The notes: generated from the letters alone by a model not told the origin. Counted from the stretch's first letter, positions 22,478 through 35,110 are shown. The stretch is 36,273 nucleotides of DNA from Octopus sinensis (GCF_006345805.1 NW_021826199.1:1-36273); one strand, 5' to 3'. Made by a program: numbers and translations.

Positions 22478-22962
22478 TCCGTTCGTGTCCGCTGTCAGCC
22501 TCATCTGGCACCCGTGCTGGTGATACGTAAAAGCACGATTCGCTCGTGGCCGTTTGCCAGCTCTGCCTGGCCCCCGTGTCGGTGGCACGTAAAAGCACCA
22601 TCCGTTCGTGTTCGTTGCCAGCCTCGCCTGGCCCCGTGCCGGTGACACGTAAAAGCACCGTCCGTTCGTGGCCGTTTGCCAGCTCTGTCTGGCCCCGTGT
22701 CGGTGGCACGTAAAAGCACCATCCATTCATGTCCGTTGCCAGCCTCGGCTGGCCCCCGTGCCGGGACACGTAAAAGCACCGTCCATTCATGGGCGTTTGC
22801 CAGCTCTGTCTGGCCCCGTGTCGGTGGCACGTAAAAGCACCATCCGTTCGTGTCCGTTGCCAGCATCGCCTGGCCCCGTGCCGGTGACACGTAAAAGCAC
22901 CATCCGTTCGTGGCCGTTCGCCAGCTCTGTCTGGCACCTGTGCAGGTGGCACGTAAAAAACA
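22478..22962 (+). repeat. Eight ~60-bp tandem repeats arranged as four AB dimers in the RTE 3' UTR
   Basis: Alternating 'ccagcctcgcctggccccgtgccggtgacacgtaaaagcac' (A) and 'ccagctctgtctggccccgtgtcggtggcacgtaaaagcac' (B). Confidence 0.92.
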
Positions 22963-23324
22963 CCCACTACACTCGTGGAGTGGTTGGCGTTAGGAAGGGC
23001 ATCCAGCCGTAGAAACACTGCCAGATCTGACTGGGCCTGACGAAGCCTTCCAGCTTCACAGACCCCAGTTGACCCGTCCAACCCATGCTAGCATGGAAAG
23101 CGGACGCTAAACGATGATGATGATGATATATAATATATATTATATATTATATAATATATATATATATATATAATATAATATATATAATATATATAATATA
23201 TATTATATATAATATATATATATAATATATATATATATAATATATATATATAATATATATATATAATATTATATATATATAATATATATGTGTGTGTGTA
23301 TATATATATATATGTTTTTTTACT

Positions 23325-23526
23325 TGTTTCAGTCGTTTGACTGTGGCCATGCTGGAGCACCGCCTTTTAGTCGAGCAAATCAACCCCCAGGACTTATTCT
23401 TTTTAAGACTAGTATTTATTCAATTGGTCTCTTTTGCCGAACCGCTAAGTAACGGGGACGTAAACATTCCAGCATCGGTTGTCAAGCCATGTTGGTGGGA
23501 CAAACACACACACACACATATATATT

Positions 23527-23564
<38 letters not shown>

Positions 23565-23735
23565 ATATATACGACAGGCTTCTTTCAGTTTCCATCTACT
23601 AAATCCACTCTCAGAGCTTTGGTCAGCCCGAGGCTATAGTAGAAGACACTTTCCTAAGGTGCCAAGCAGTGGGACTGAACCCAGAACCTTGTGGTTGGTA
23701 AGCAGGCTACTTACCACACAGGCACTCCTGCACCT
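23325..23735 (-). mobile_element. tRNA-derived SINE family A, full length
   Basis: Head with B box 'GGGTTCAGTCCC', central domain, internal AT/CA microsatellite and 'gcggtgctccagcatggccacagtc' tail. Confidence 0.85.
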
Positions 23736-23979
23736 TTATATGTACATCTTTTTGGGGTCCGATAAATTAAGTACCAGTTGTGTACTGTAGTCGATCTGAT
23801 TGACTAGCCCCGTCCCCAAGAATTTGGGGCCTTGTACCTAGAGTAGGAAAAAATATTTACAATGTTGAATCACTGTATCTTTTAACTATCCTCTTTATCT
23901 CACTGGCTCATATTTTCTATTTCAGAATATTACATCGTGTTGACATACAAGAAATTACTTCATTCAGATGTGCCTTTGA

Positions 23980-24837
<858 letters not shown>

Positions 24838-24914
24838 GGAAAACCACATCACTTTGATATCTGTGGTAAAACATCTTTTAGAAATAGCTATATAACTAGT
24901 CACAAGGAATATTA

Positions 24915-25095
24915 ACCAACAAGTGAAGTCGGCATTACACATTTGCAGTACATTCAGAGCAAAGTCGAGCATCGCCACGATACTTTTGTTCATAGGTTGA
25001 AACTGTGTCAAAACTTTGTTAATGCAACATCAAAGTCTGCCGTTTTAAGCATAACTAAAAAGCAAACCCAAGCAACCCCGGGCTATAATGCTACT
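24915..25095 (+). mobile_element. Possible Helitron-like 3' end inserted in decayed fingers
   Basis: Ends 'cccaagcaaccccgggctataatgctacta', resembling a GC-rich hairpin followed by a CTAG-like terminus (here CTAC). Confidence 0.3.
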
Positions 25096-25164
25096 ATATA
25101 CATATATATATTTGTGTGTTTAAATTCTCTCAAGGCATGAATTGATTAAACAGAAACAAGCACA

Positions 25165-25255
25165 TTGTCTGGAGGACTATGATGAATGAGAAGGGTCTGA
25201 GGACTGATCCTTGGTGGACTCCCACCCTGTATTCTTCAGTATACTCATTGCCAAC
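25165..25255 (-). mobile_element. Short RTE RT fragment
   Basis: Reverse complement aligns with 21333-21425 ('VGNEY..E..VGVHQGSVL.P..FIIVLQ'). Confidence 0.7.
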
Positions 25256-26291
25256 CCAGAGTAAATAATTTTCAGGAAATAGTGTTTAACTAGTCACAAA
25301 CTTGTTCATACAGGAGAGAAGCCATAGCATTTTGATATCTGTAGTAAATTATTCTTTTGTTATAATCATTTGTGTAATTACAAACAGATTCATACTGGGG
25401 TAAAAACCATATCCCTGTGATATCTCTGCTAAATTAGTTTCTGAAAATAGTGTTTAACAATTCAGAAAGATATTCACATGGGAGAGAAGCCATATCATTG
25501 TGATATTTGTGGTTAATCATTTTCTGAAAATATCGTTTTAACTTGTCACAAATGTACTCAGACAAGGGAGATACCATATCACTGTGATATCTGGTAAATC
25601 ATTCTCTCAAATGAATTCCTTGACGAAACAGACACATCCAGGAGAGAAGCCATAACTACCTTTGGTAATTCATTTTCTGAAAATGGTGTTTTAACAATAT
25701 ATGTACATGTTCATACGAGAGAGAAGCTATATCATGGTTATGTCTGTGGTACATCATTCTCTCATAGACCTGACTTAACTGTACATCAAGGCATTCATAC
25801 AGGAGAGAAGCTATGTCAGTGTGACATCAGTGGTAAACTATTCTCCCCAAAAATGCCACAGGTATTCACATTTAGGTATTCACACACAAGTCTAAGTGAA
25901 TCAATGTCGGAATGGAGTTTTGTTGGTGAACAGGTCGCGGTCTCAAAGCGACGAAAAATTTTGATAAATTAAAATTTAATATTGAAATGAATCTAACGGT
26001 TTTTGTGTTTCTTAAATGGCTTATAAACACCTTCCACGTTGCAATTGTTTTCGTTCCAGCACACGATCTCAGATCAGGTCACTTGCTATGCAAGTACATC
26101 TCCATATTTCAGTTCATTTTTCCTGCTAAAAGACTTGTTTTTTCCCTGTCATCTGTAAAAATATTGACTCTGATATGACTTAATTAATGAAAATGCCTGC
26201 AGTTAGTTTTTGAGGAATTTGTTGATAAAGAAAAGCAAATAAAAAATTAGACTAAACATTTTGTGTTTATTTTGTTAATCTATATCTAGGA

Positions 26292-26660
26292 TTAGGAGTA
26301 GCTGTCTGGTGAATAGCTTGCTTACGAACTACATGGTTCCGGGTTCAATCCCACTGCATGGCACCTAGGGCAAGTGTCTTCTACTATAGCCTCGGGCCGA
26401 CCAAAGCTTTGTGAGTGGACTTTGTAGACGGAAACTGAAAGAATACCGTCGTATATATATATATATGTATGTATTTGCCCCCCCCCCCCCCCCCCAACAA
26501 CGCTTGACAACCGATGTTGGTGTGCTTACGTCCCTGTAAGTTAGCGGTTCTGCAAAAGACACCGATAGAATAAGTACTAGGCTTACAAAGAATAAGTCCT
26601 GGGGTCGATTTGCTCGACTAAAGGCGCTGCTCCAGCATGGCCACAGTCAAAAAGACACTG
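26292..26660 (+). mobile_element. tRNA-derived SINE family A, full length
   Basis: B box 'GGGTTCAATCCC'. The central 'gggcaagtgtcttctactatagcctcgggccgaccaaagc..gacggaaactgaaagaa' resembles the Nin/Deu-type conserved SINE domain (from memory). CR1-like tail. Confidence 0.85.
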
Positions 26661-26692
26661 ACTCCTTTGTTCCTTAAATTATTCATGAAACG

Positions 26693-26860
26693 GTACAAAT
26701 GTAGCCAGTCAGCAGAGCCATCTATTGGAGAATTGATGAAATACAATCATATAAAGGGAAATAACCTCTTCAACACTTCAACCTCGAAGCATCGAAAATA
26801 TTAATCACGGTGATTAATTAGCAGTTAATTAGTCGTTGTTAATATCTGAGTAAGGTAAGT
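26693..26860 (+). promoter_or_regulatory. Putative promoter and non-coding first exon of ZNF cassette B
   Basis: Conserved in the duplicate at 34565-34732. TATA-like 'catataaagg' and a strong donor 'AAG|GTAAGT' at 26855. No in-frame CDS. Confidence 0.45.
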
Positions 26861-28334
26861 CGGCAAACATTGACGTTAATAGTATTACTAATAACAATGT
26901 AAAATAATAGAATTATGTGAACCTCTCGGTGTGACAGTGTTTCGAAGCAGAACCATAACATTAGGAAAATATAATTTGCTCGTCTTAATTAATAATTTCC
27001 TAATTTTAATTAATAATTTCCAAACTGAAATGTTGATCTGTTGTTTATGAAATCCTAAGAACGACGGTTACGTGTGATATAAAGCCAGTTATTTTATAAA
27101 AGGAGGGTAAAGCTACGCAGTTAATTTTACCTTTGCTTTAAGGTTATATTAATTATAGGAATGATTTTGAACTTTGACCCAGGGTCAGCGATCTTTGATG
27201 CGAGTGGATGTCGTTTAAAGGGAACCCAGAATTCCTTGAATGGAAAAAGGGACAAGGTCGACCTCGGCCGTTTTTGAAGTCAGGATTTACCGCCGAGGTC
27301 GTCTTCGACTTAGAATACTTCCTGGGTTAATAAAATGACGATGATAATAATATTCTGTACTTTAGGCCCACGGTCTGAAATTTGGCGGGTTGGCGTAAGT
27401 CTGTGTCATGGACTCGGGTGCTCTACTGCTTTTTATCTTATCAATTCCGAAAGGAGAAAGGGCAAAGACGATCTCGATGCAATTTGAACTGTAAGAGTGT
27501 GGGTACTACTTAAGAAGAGTGGTCCCGGGGCGCGCATCCGCGCTAAATAGTCGTGACTAGTCGATCGTTGATTTGTGTTTTATTTACTTTGTTTAAAAAA
27601 TTTTTTAATTTGTGTAAAAAAGATTATTTTGCGTTTTATTGACTTTGCTAGGTAGTCGTTGTAGGATCGGATTTTGACTTTGACCCAGGGCCAGCAATCT
27701 TTGATGCGAGCGGAATTTTTGAAATCAGTGTGTGTGTGTATGCGTCTCTGTATCTGTGCGTGTGTGTGTGTGTGCCTGTTCTGTTCTTATGTATGTGTGG
27801 AATATAGATATAACGAAATTATGCCAACAGAAAGCCTTGCATATTTGTTCTTACCTGTTTCAGGTGTGTATGTAGAATCCGCAAATTTCCAAGCAGAAAA
27901 CAGAATCTAAGTTTATGCATCGCTAGTCCATGTTTTTTTAAAAACCCACTAAAGGGGAGAAAAGGAGGGGATATACAAAGAATTTCATGAATTTCATAAA
28001 AAACATTCTTGTGTTTTGGTTTTGTCGAGCTAAAACGAAGGAACGCCTTTATACATATACATACATATTACATATATGTATATATGTATATATATATATG
28101 TATGTATATAGATATATGTGTGTGAGTGTGCGTGTGTATGTATATATACATATATATATATATATTCTGTTTTTTTATTTAATTTTCATGTCTTGCCCGC
28201 CTAATTGTTCTGGTGTCCGCTGAATTTTCTTCTAGAGAACATTCTTTTCTTTGTAGATTGATCGTAGGTGATCTACTTCTAGCATACGGCCGACCACCTA
28301 GTGGTTTACTCTTTAAATATACATATATATATTT

Positions 28335-28563
28335 CTTCACTAGCCACAAGGGACTAAACATAGAGGGGACAAACAAGGACAGACAAAGGGATTAAGTCGA
28401 TTACATCGACCCCAGTGCGTAACTGGTACTTAATTTATCGACACCGAAAGGATGAAAGGCAAAGTCGACCTCGGCGGAATTTGAACCCAGAACACTTAAC
28501 GGCAGACGAAATACAGCTATGCATTTCGCCCGGTGTGCTAACGTTTCTGCCAGCTCGCCGCCC
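28335..28563 (-). mobile_element. tRNA-derived SINE family B
   Basis: Minus strand: 'ggcggcgagctggcagaaacgttagc..GGGTTCAAATTCC gccgaggtcgactttgcctttcatcctttcggtgtcgataaattaagtacc'. Confidence 0.82.
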
Positions 28564-28581
28564 TTTTTAAATATACATACG

Positions 28582-28620
<39 letters not shown>

Positions 28621-28631
28621 ATATATATATT

Positions 28632-28818
28632 TTTTACTTATTTCAGTCATTTGACTGAGGTCATGCTGGAGCACCGTCTTTTAGTCGAGCAAATCGACCA
28701 CCAGGACTTTGTAAGCCTAGTACTTATTCTATCGGTGTCTTTTGCCAAACTGCTATGTAACGGGGACGTAAACATACCAGCATCGATTGTCAAGCGATTT
28801 TAGGGGGAAAAACACACT

Positions 28819-28851
<33 letters not shown>

Positions 28852-29008
28852 GCGATAGGCTTCTTTCAGTTTTCGTCTACCAAATCCACTTTGGTCGGCC
28901 CGAAGCTATAGTAGAAGACACTTTCCCAAGGTGTCACGCAGTGGGACTGAACACGGAACCGTCTGGTTGGTAAGCAAGCTACTTACCACACAACCACTCC
29001 TGTGCCTA
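28632..29008 (-). mobile_element. tRNA-derived SINE family A, paralogous position to 23325-23735
   Basis: Same body and the same downstream flank as the 23.3 kb copy, so it was co-duplicated with the ZNF cassette. Confidence 0.85.
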
Positions 29009-29399
29009 GATATGTATATCTTTTTGGGGTCCGATAAATTAAGTACCAGTTGTGTACTGTGGTCAATCTGATTGACTAGCCCCGTCTCCAAGAATTTTTG
29101 GGCCTTGTACCTAGAGTAGGAAAGAATATTTCCAATGTTGAATCACTGTATCTTTTAACTATCCTCTTTATCTCACTGGCTCTTTTTTCCTGTTTCAGAA
29201 TATTGCATCCTGTTGACATAAAAGAAATTACTTCATCCAGACGTGCCTTTGATATTTTTATCAACTTTTATTGACTAAAGGAAGACGATATATTTATAAG
29301 GAGCATTCATCAATACATCAACCTCTTTATATAAAACATATTCATAGGAATTTAAGAGACACTTTAATTGTTGCATGTTCGATAAATTATTCTCTGATA

Positions 29400-30625
29400 A
29401 TGAATCGTTTAACTAAACGCAAAAACCCTGATGCAGTAGAGAAACCATATCGCTGTAAGATCTGTGGTAAACCATTCTCTCAAAGTGGTCACTTGACTGT
29501 ACACAAACGTACACATACAGGAGAGAAGCCATACCATTGTGATACCTGTGGAAAATCATTCTCTGAAAGTGGTGCCTTGACTAAACACAAACTTACACAT
29601 ACAGGAGAGAAGCCATATCATTGTGATATTTGTGGTAAATCATTCTCTACAAGCAGTCAATTAAGTTGTCACAAACGTATTCATACAGGAGAGAAGCCAT
29701 ATCATTGTGATACCTGTAGTAAATCATTCTCTCGAAGTGGGGACTTGAATAAACACAAACATACACATACAGGAGAGAAGCCATATCGTTGTGATATTTG
29801 TGGTAAATCATTCTCTGAAAATAGACATTTGATTCGTCACAAACATATTCATACTGGAGAAAAACCATATCATTGTGATATTTGTGGTAAATCATTCCCT
29901 GAAAGTAGTGACTTGAATAAACACAAACATACACATACAGGAGAAAAGCCACATCATTGTGATATCTGTGGTAAATCATTCTCTGAAAGTAGTAATTTGT
30001 TTCGTCACAAACGTATTCATACTGGAGAAAAACCATATGATTGTGATATCTGTGGTAAATCCTTCGCTACAAATAATTATTTGACTTGTCACAAACGTAT
30101 TCATACTGGAGAAAAGCCATATGATTGTGATATCTGTGATAAATCATTCTCTCAAAGTGGGGACTTGAATAAACACAACTTACACATACAGGTGAGAAGC
30201 CATACCATTGTGATATTTGTGGTAAATCATTCTCTTCTAGTAGCCATTTGATTCGTCACAAACGTATTCATACTGGGGAGAAACCATTTCAGTGTGATAT
30301 TTGTGGTAAATCGTTTTCTCGAAATAGCATTTTAACTTGTCACAAAAGTGTTCATACAGGAGAGAATCCATACCCTTGTCATATCTGTGGTAAATCATTC
30401 TTTTATAATAGTCAGTTGACTTATCACTTACGTATTCACACTGAGGGAAAACCTCATCACTGTGATATCTGTGGTAAAACATTTTTTAGAAATAGTGGTT
30501 TAATTAGTCACAAGCGTGTTCATACAGGAGAGAAGCCCTTTTCTTGTGATATCTGCGGTAAATCATTCTCTCAAAGTGGTACCTTAACTAAACACAAGTT
30601 GGTACATACAAGAGTGAAGCCATAA
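29400..30625 (+). CDS. C2H2 zinc-finger protein, 14 fingers if a 1-nt deletion at ~30178 is corrected (ZNF cassette B)
   Basis: Nine fingers in 29400-30180 and five more in the next frame to 30625. 'aaacacaactt' here versus 'aaacacaaactt' in sister fingers. Acceptor 'ttttttcctgtttcag|' at 29198. Confidence 0.85.
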
Positions 30626-31022
30626 CGTTCCAATACCTGTGGTAATTATTTTTGGGGAAATGGTGTTTTAACTATACATGAACATTTCCATACTCTACAG
30701 AAACAGTCGTTGTGATATCTCTGCTAAATCTTTCTCTCGTAGATCTATCGTATATTTCTGGTGTATAAAATGACTGTGTACAAGATGATGCCTAAGATTT
30801 CCATTTAAAAAGTGTGTTTGAGCTATACTTGCTGTATAAGACTACCCCAAGTTTTCATGGGAAGTATCTGAAGCCCCTAAGGCATGAACTTCATAGGTAA
30901 AGGAGTCGGGTGACCTGTACTTTCCCCAGTGACCCCTTAAACCTCTGCTTTTCTTGTGTTTCAGTAGCATTTTTAAATATTTCGATCATTAAAACTTATA
31001 TGCAATAATTCTAAAGTTTTTG

Positions 31023-31541
31023 TTGTTTGAAAATTATCCAGTTCTTCTCAAAAAGTGGCCAGTTATTGTAAATTACCAACTATAATAAACATTAAACGTA
31101 CCTGGCTGGTGTAAACACCATAGTGACATCACTTAGGCGTCGGTTATTTTACAAGAACTAACATGGTGTCAAGTAATCTATAATAACACCATTTACTTGA
31201 AATGGATTTACAAATCTACTTCTGCTGTGTATAATATTATATTGTAATATATTAAAAATGTTTTTATAAAGTACAATGCTAGTATTTTCTTTAATTTGTG
31301 AATTTTGTCTTGCTTCATAAGACTATTGCTAGGACTGTGTTCAAATTTTTTGCACCAGTCTCTCTTCCACTCTTTAGTAATTTATTTGATTACACCAGTC
31401 GGTATGTGTATAGTCCTTGTCTAAAGTTGTTTGAAATTTATCCAGTTCTTCCCAAAAAGTGGCCAGGTATTGTAAATTACAACTATAATAAACATGAAAC
31501 GTACCTGTCTGGTGTAAACACTGTACTGACGTCAACTTAGG
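31023..31541 (+). repeat. ~115-bp direct repeat pair (31023-31140 and 31428-31541), each with AATAAA
   Basis: 'ttgtttgaaa.ttatccagttctt..caaaaagtggccag.tattgtaaattac.aactataataaacat.aaacgtacctg.ctggtgtaaacac' occurs twice. Confidence 0.85.
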
Positions 31542-31545
31542 CTGT

Positions 31546-31918
31546 TTTACTTGTTTCAGTCATTTGACTGCGGCCATGCTGGAGCACCACCTTTAGTCGA
31601 GCAAATCGACCCCGGGACTTATTCTTTGTAAGCCCAGTACTTATTCTATCGGTCTCTTTTGCCGAACCGCTAGGTGACAGGGATGTAAACACACCAGCAT
31701 CGGTTGTCAAGCAATGCTAGTGGGACAAACACAAACACACACACTTACATATATACATATATACGACAGGCTTCTTTCAGTTTCCGTCTACCAAATCCAC
31801 TCACAAGGCTTTGGTCGGCCCGGGGCTATAGCAGAAGACACTTGCCCAAGATGCCATGCAGTGGGACTGAACCCAGAACCATGTAGTTGGTTAGCAGCTA
31901 CTTACCACACAGTCACTC
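31546..31918 (-). mobile_element. tRNA-derived SINE family A, full length
   Basis: Reverse complement of the 26292-26660 structure. Confidence 0.85.
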
Positions 31919-32049
31919 ATAACATTATATTGTAATGTTATCTAACTTAACTACGTGATTGCATTCTGACAGGAGAGAAGTGACGTCTGTGGTAAATCGC
32001 TCTTTTGAAAAACTCACATGCAGTTGTAACCGAATCAGTGTCAATATTT

Positions 32050-32595
32050 ACTCTCTCTCTATCCACTCAGTCGAAGTCGACTCTCGGTCACTTGTTGGAT
32101 CAGTGTCCTCCAGTCAGTTCTATCCTGGGTCACTTCCTTCAGATCAGCCATGTCCATTCCAGTATCACTCTTGATGGTGTCAAACCAGCGGGTTCTTGGT
32201 CGGCCTCTTCCTCTCTTGCCACTGACCATTCCGTATATATAATATCTATCAATCTATCTATCCGCTCAGTCAAAGTCGACTCTCGGTCACTTGTTGGATA
32301 AGTGTCCTCCAGTCAGTTCTATCCTGGGCCGCATCTTTCAGATTGGCTATGTCCATTCCGGTATCACTCTTGATGGTGTCAAGCCAGCAGGTTCTTGGTC
32401 GGCCTCTTCCTCTCTTGCCACTGACCATTCGAGCATGATGTCCTTCTCCAGGGATTTTCTCCGCATAATATGACCGAAATATGCCATTCTATGCTTGGTG
32501 ATCCTAGCTTCTAGCGACAGTTTCGGCCTGATCTGCTTAAGAACTTCTCCATTGGTGAGCCTCGCTGTCCATGGAATCCGTAAAAGTCTTCTACA
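32050..32595 (-). mobile_element. BovB-like RTE 3' end with a tandemly duplicated terminal ~170 bp
   Basis: 'RRLLRIPWTARLTN..YFGHIMRRKSLEKDIMLGMVSGKRGRGRPRT.WLDTI' on minus. 32059-32230 repeats 32258-32430. Confidence 0.82.
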
Positions 32596-33314
32596 TGATG
32601 ATAATTAAATCTATTTTGTCTTTTAAAAAATTAGGGTCTTTCCCCCCCTTGTCAACTTTGACATCATTAACTTCAATACTGTCAGTATGAACCTAAAGTT
32701 ATCATCTGTAAAAGTATTGACTCTGAGACGACTTGATTACTGAAAATGCCTGTGGTTGTATTTTGAGGAATTTGTTAATAAAGAACAATGAATAAAATGT
32801 TAGACTAACCATTTTGTGTTTGTTTTGTTACTCTATATCGAAACACTGTCTCCTCTATACCTTAAATCTTTTCACTGGCACAAAGTCCCACCCTTTCAAA
32901 ACTTCTTTTCTACCCCCACAGTTGTGGGGGTTTTTTGTCTTCCAGCGTACTTGGTGGTGGTACCACATAAAAACAAATTATGATGTTGCCAAATATACAG
33001 GCCTTGAGCTGGTGTCACCCAAAGAGCGCAAATGCCAGTCTCATGTACAACACATAGGTGCTGGAGCCACATACAAGGCACTTGTGCTGGAGCCACGTAT
33101 AAAGTACTGGTGCTTTTACCATGTAATAAGCACTAGTGATGGTGCTATGGAAAAAGTGCAGGGGCTGGAGCCATTGAAAGAGCCCTGGTGCTGGGGCCAT
33201 GTAAAAAGTACTGTTGTTGGTGTGACCTGCAAAGTACTGATACTGTTCCACTTAACCCTTCCATTACTGTATTTATTTTGAGGTGCTCTGTGTTTCTTCC
33301 AGTTACTTTAAATA

Positions 33315-33586
33315 TAGCCAGCCTCGCCTGGCCCCCGTGCTGGTGGCATGTAAAAAGCACCATCCAATCGTGGCTGTTGCCAGCCCCGTCTGGCACCTGT
33401 GCTGGTGGCATGTAAACAGCACCCACTACACTCACAGAGTGGTTGGCGTTAGGAAGGGCATCCAGCCGTAGAAACATTGCCAGATCAGACTGGGCCTGGT
33501 GCAGCCTTCTGGCTTCCCAGACCGCAGTTGAACCGTCCGACCCATGCTAGCATGGAAAGCGGGCGCTAAATGATGATGATGATGAT
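33315..33586 (+). mobile_element. 5'-truncated copy of the RTE 3' end (two UTR repeats + tail + (GAT)n)
   Basis: Matches 22840-23126, including 'gagtggttggcgttaggaagggcatccagccgtagaaaca..cccatgctagcatggaaagcgg'. Confidence 0.88.
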
Positions 33587-33589
33587 AGC

Positions 33590-34506
33590 AAGGAATTTAG
33601 TAAAATAACTTAGTTATCATTCAGCTAATGTTAGGAACATAAATTGTGACGGCAATGTTTCGTTTGTAGTAGCATGTTTCCGTCGATTTCCGTAAAAAAC
33701 TTTTATTTTTTTATATATGGCTTTGCGGGAACATTTGAAGTAATGAGAGCGAAAGAGACTAAGAAGAAGCGATTTTATGACGAGGAAATTTCTTTTGAAG
33801 CTATGAAAGCATTGATGTACATGTGTGTGTGTGTTTGATGGGGTGTGGGAGACAGACAGTATGTTGTGTAAGTGAAGTGCTTCTGTTAGTGTGTGTGAAA
33901 GAGAGAGATAACTGAAATTTTTTACTCGGTGTATGTGTATATGTATGTCTTCATGTATGTGTAAGTATGTGTGTATGTATGTATGTATGGCCGATTCAGT
34001 GTAATGTTTTACACATACTTACACACACACGTACATAGATACATACACACATACATGCAGACATACATATACACATACACCAAGTAAAAAATTTCAGTTA
34101 TCTCTCTCTTTCACACATTACTCTCTCTGTCTCTTCGCACACACTAACAGAAGCACTTCACTTACACAACATACTGTCTGTCTCCCACACCCCATCAAAC
34201 ACACACACACACACATGTACATCAATGCTTTGATAACTTCAAAAGAAATTTCCTCCTCATAAAATCGCTTCCTCTTAGTCTCTTTCGCTCTCATTACTTC
34301 AAATGTTCCCGCAAAGCCATATGTAAAAAAATAAAAGTTTTTTACGGAAATCGACGGAAACGTGCTACAAGCGTGCTACTACAAACGAAACATTGCCATT
34401 GTGGCGAAGATTTAATGGAAGATTTTAATTCAAAACTTATAAAAACAAAACATTTGTACTACAGAGCCATAGGCGGTTTCAGCCGGGTTGGTAACAAAAG
34501 GGTCAA
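33590..34506. mobile_element. Partial piggyBac-like MITE hosting the foldback insertion
   Basis: Ends 'TTGGTAACAAAAGGG TCAA', like the terminus at 14858-14875 in reverse. The flanks rejoin across the inserted MITE. Confidence 0.4.
33651..34397. mobile_element. Foldback MITE with ~330-bp TIRs and 8-bp TSD, probably Merlin superfamily
   Basis: Termini GGCAATGTTTCGTTTGTAGTAGCA / TGCTACTACAAACGAAACATTGCC. Flanks ATTGTGAC (33643-33650) and ATTGTGGC (34398-34405). Confidence 0.82.
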
Positions 34507-34564
34507 AAAGCAATGGTAATGACACAACACAAGCCCAGGTGATAGTATCACCTTAAAAGGGCAG

Positions 34565-35110
34565 GTACGAATGTAGCCAGTCAGCAGAGCCATCTATTGG
34601 AGAATTGATGAAATACAATCGTTTAAAGGGAAATAACCTCTTCAACACTTGAACCACGAAGCATCGAAAATATTAATCACGGTGATTAATTAGCAGTTAA
34701 TTAGTCGTTGTTAATATCTGAATACGGTAAGTCGGCAAACATTGACGTTAATAATATTACTAATAACAATGTAAAATAATAGAATTATGTGAACCTCTCG
34801 GTGTGACAGTGTTTCGAAGCAGAACCGTAATATTAGGAAAATATAATTTGCTCGTCTTAATTAATATTTTCCAAATCTTAATTAATAATTTCCAATTTGA
34901 AATGTAGATCTGTTGTTTATGAAATCCTAAGACCGATGGTTACGTGTGATATTTTATGAAACGAGAGTAAAGCGGCGCAGTTAATTAATAAAATGAGGGG
35001 AAACCGATTGAAGGACACCACATTAATTAACATTGTCCTGTTGTTAATTAGACACTGATAAAACGGTAAGTGGAGACGGATTTGCTTTAAGGTTATTTTA
35101 ATTATGGGAA
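34565..35110 (+). repeat. Second copy of the putative ZNF promoter / first exon / intron start (copy 1 at 26693-27165)
   Basis: Near-identical ~300 bp, then diverging. Donor 'ACG|GTAAGT' at 34727. Confidence 0.88.

Larger units (their letters stand above)
19090..23126 (+). mobile_element. RTE-clade LINE, near full length, three lesions
   Basis: APE (19315-20562, 'VGTLNVGTL..CCMQEVRWRG..AGDFNGHVG..SQIDYIL'), RT (20579-21007 and 21207-22427, 'VHQGSVLSPLLF..YADDL'), tandem-repeat 3' UTR and (GAT)n tail. The 5' boundary is approximate. Confidence 0.93.
24838..25860 (+). pseudogene. Decayed zinc-finger repeats downstream of ZNF A, interrupted by insertions
   Basis: Repeated 'ggagagaagccatatcattgtgatat..ggt.aatcatt' units with stops, indels and lost Cys/His. 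Confidence 0.85.

Noticed and set aside
22478-22962. CRISPR-like appearance of regularly spaced repeats
   Set aside because: The units are contiguous with no unique spacers, there are no cas genes, and the context is a eukaryotic LINE 3' UTR.
22424-23081. ORFs spanning the RTE 3' UTR repeats
   Set aside because: They arise from GC-rich tandem repeats lacking stops, and the frames shift between units.
27855-27920. Signal-peptide exon for the Ig-like gene ('MHKLRFCFLLGNLRILHTHLKQ|gtaaga', minus)
   Set aside because: It ends in phase 0, while the downstream exons need phase 1. The phase-0 join hits a stop early in the Ig exon.
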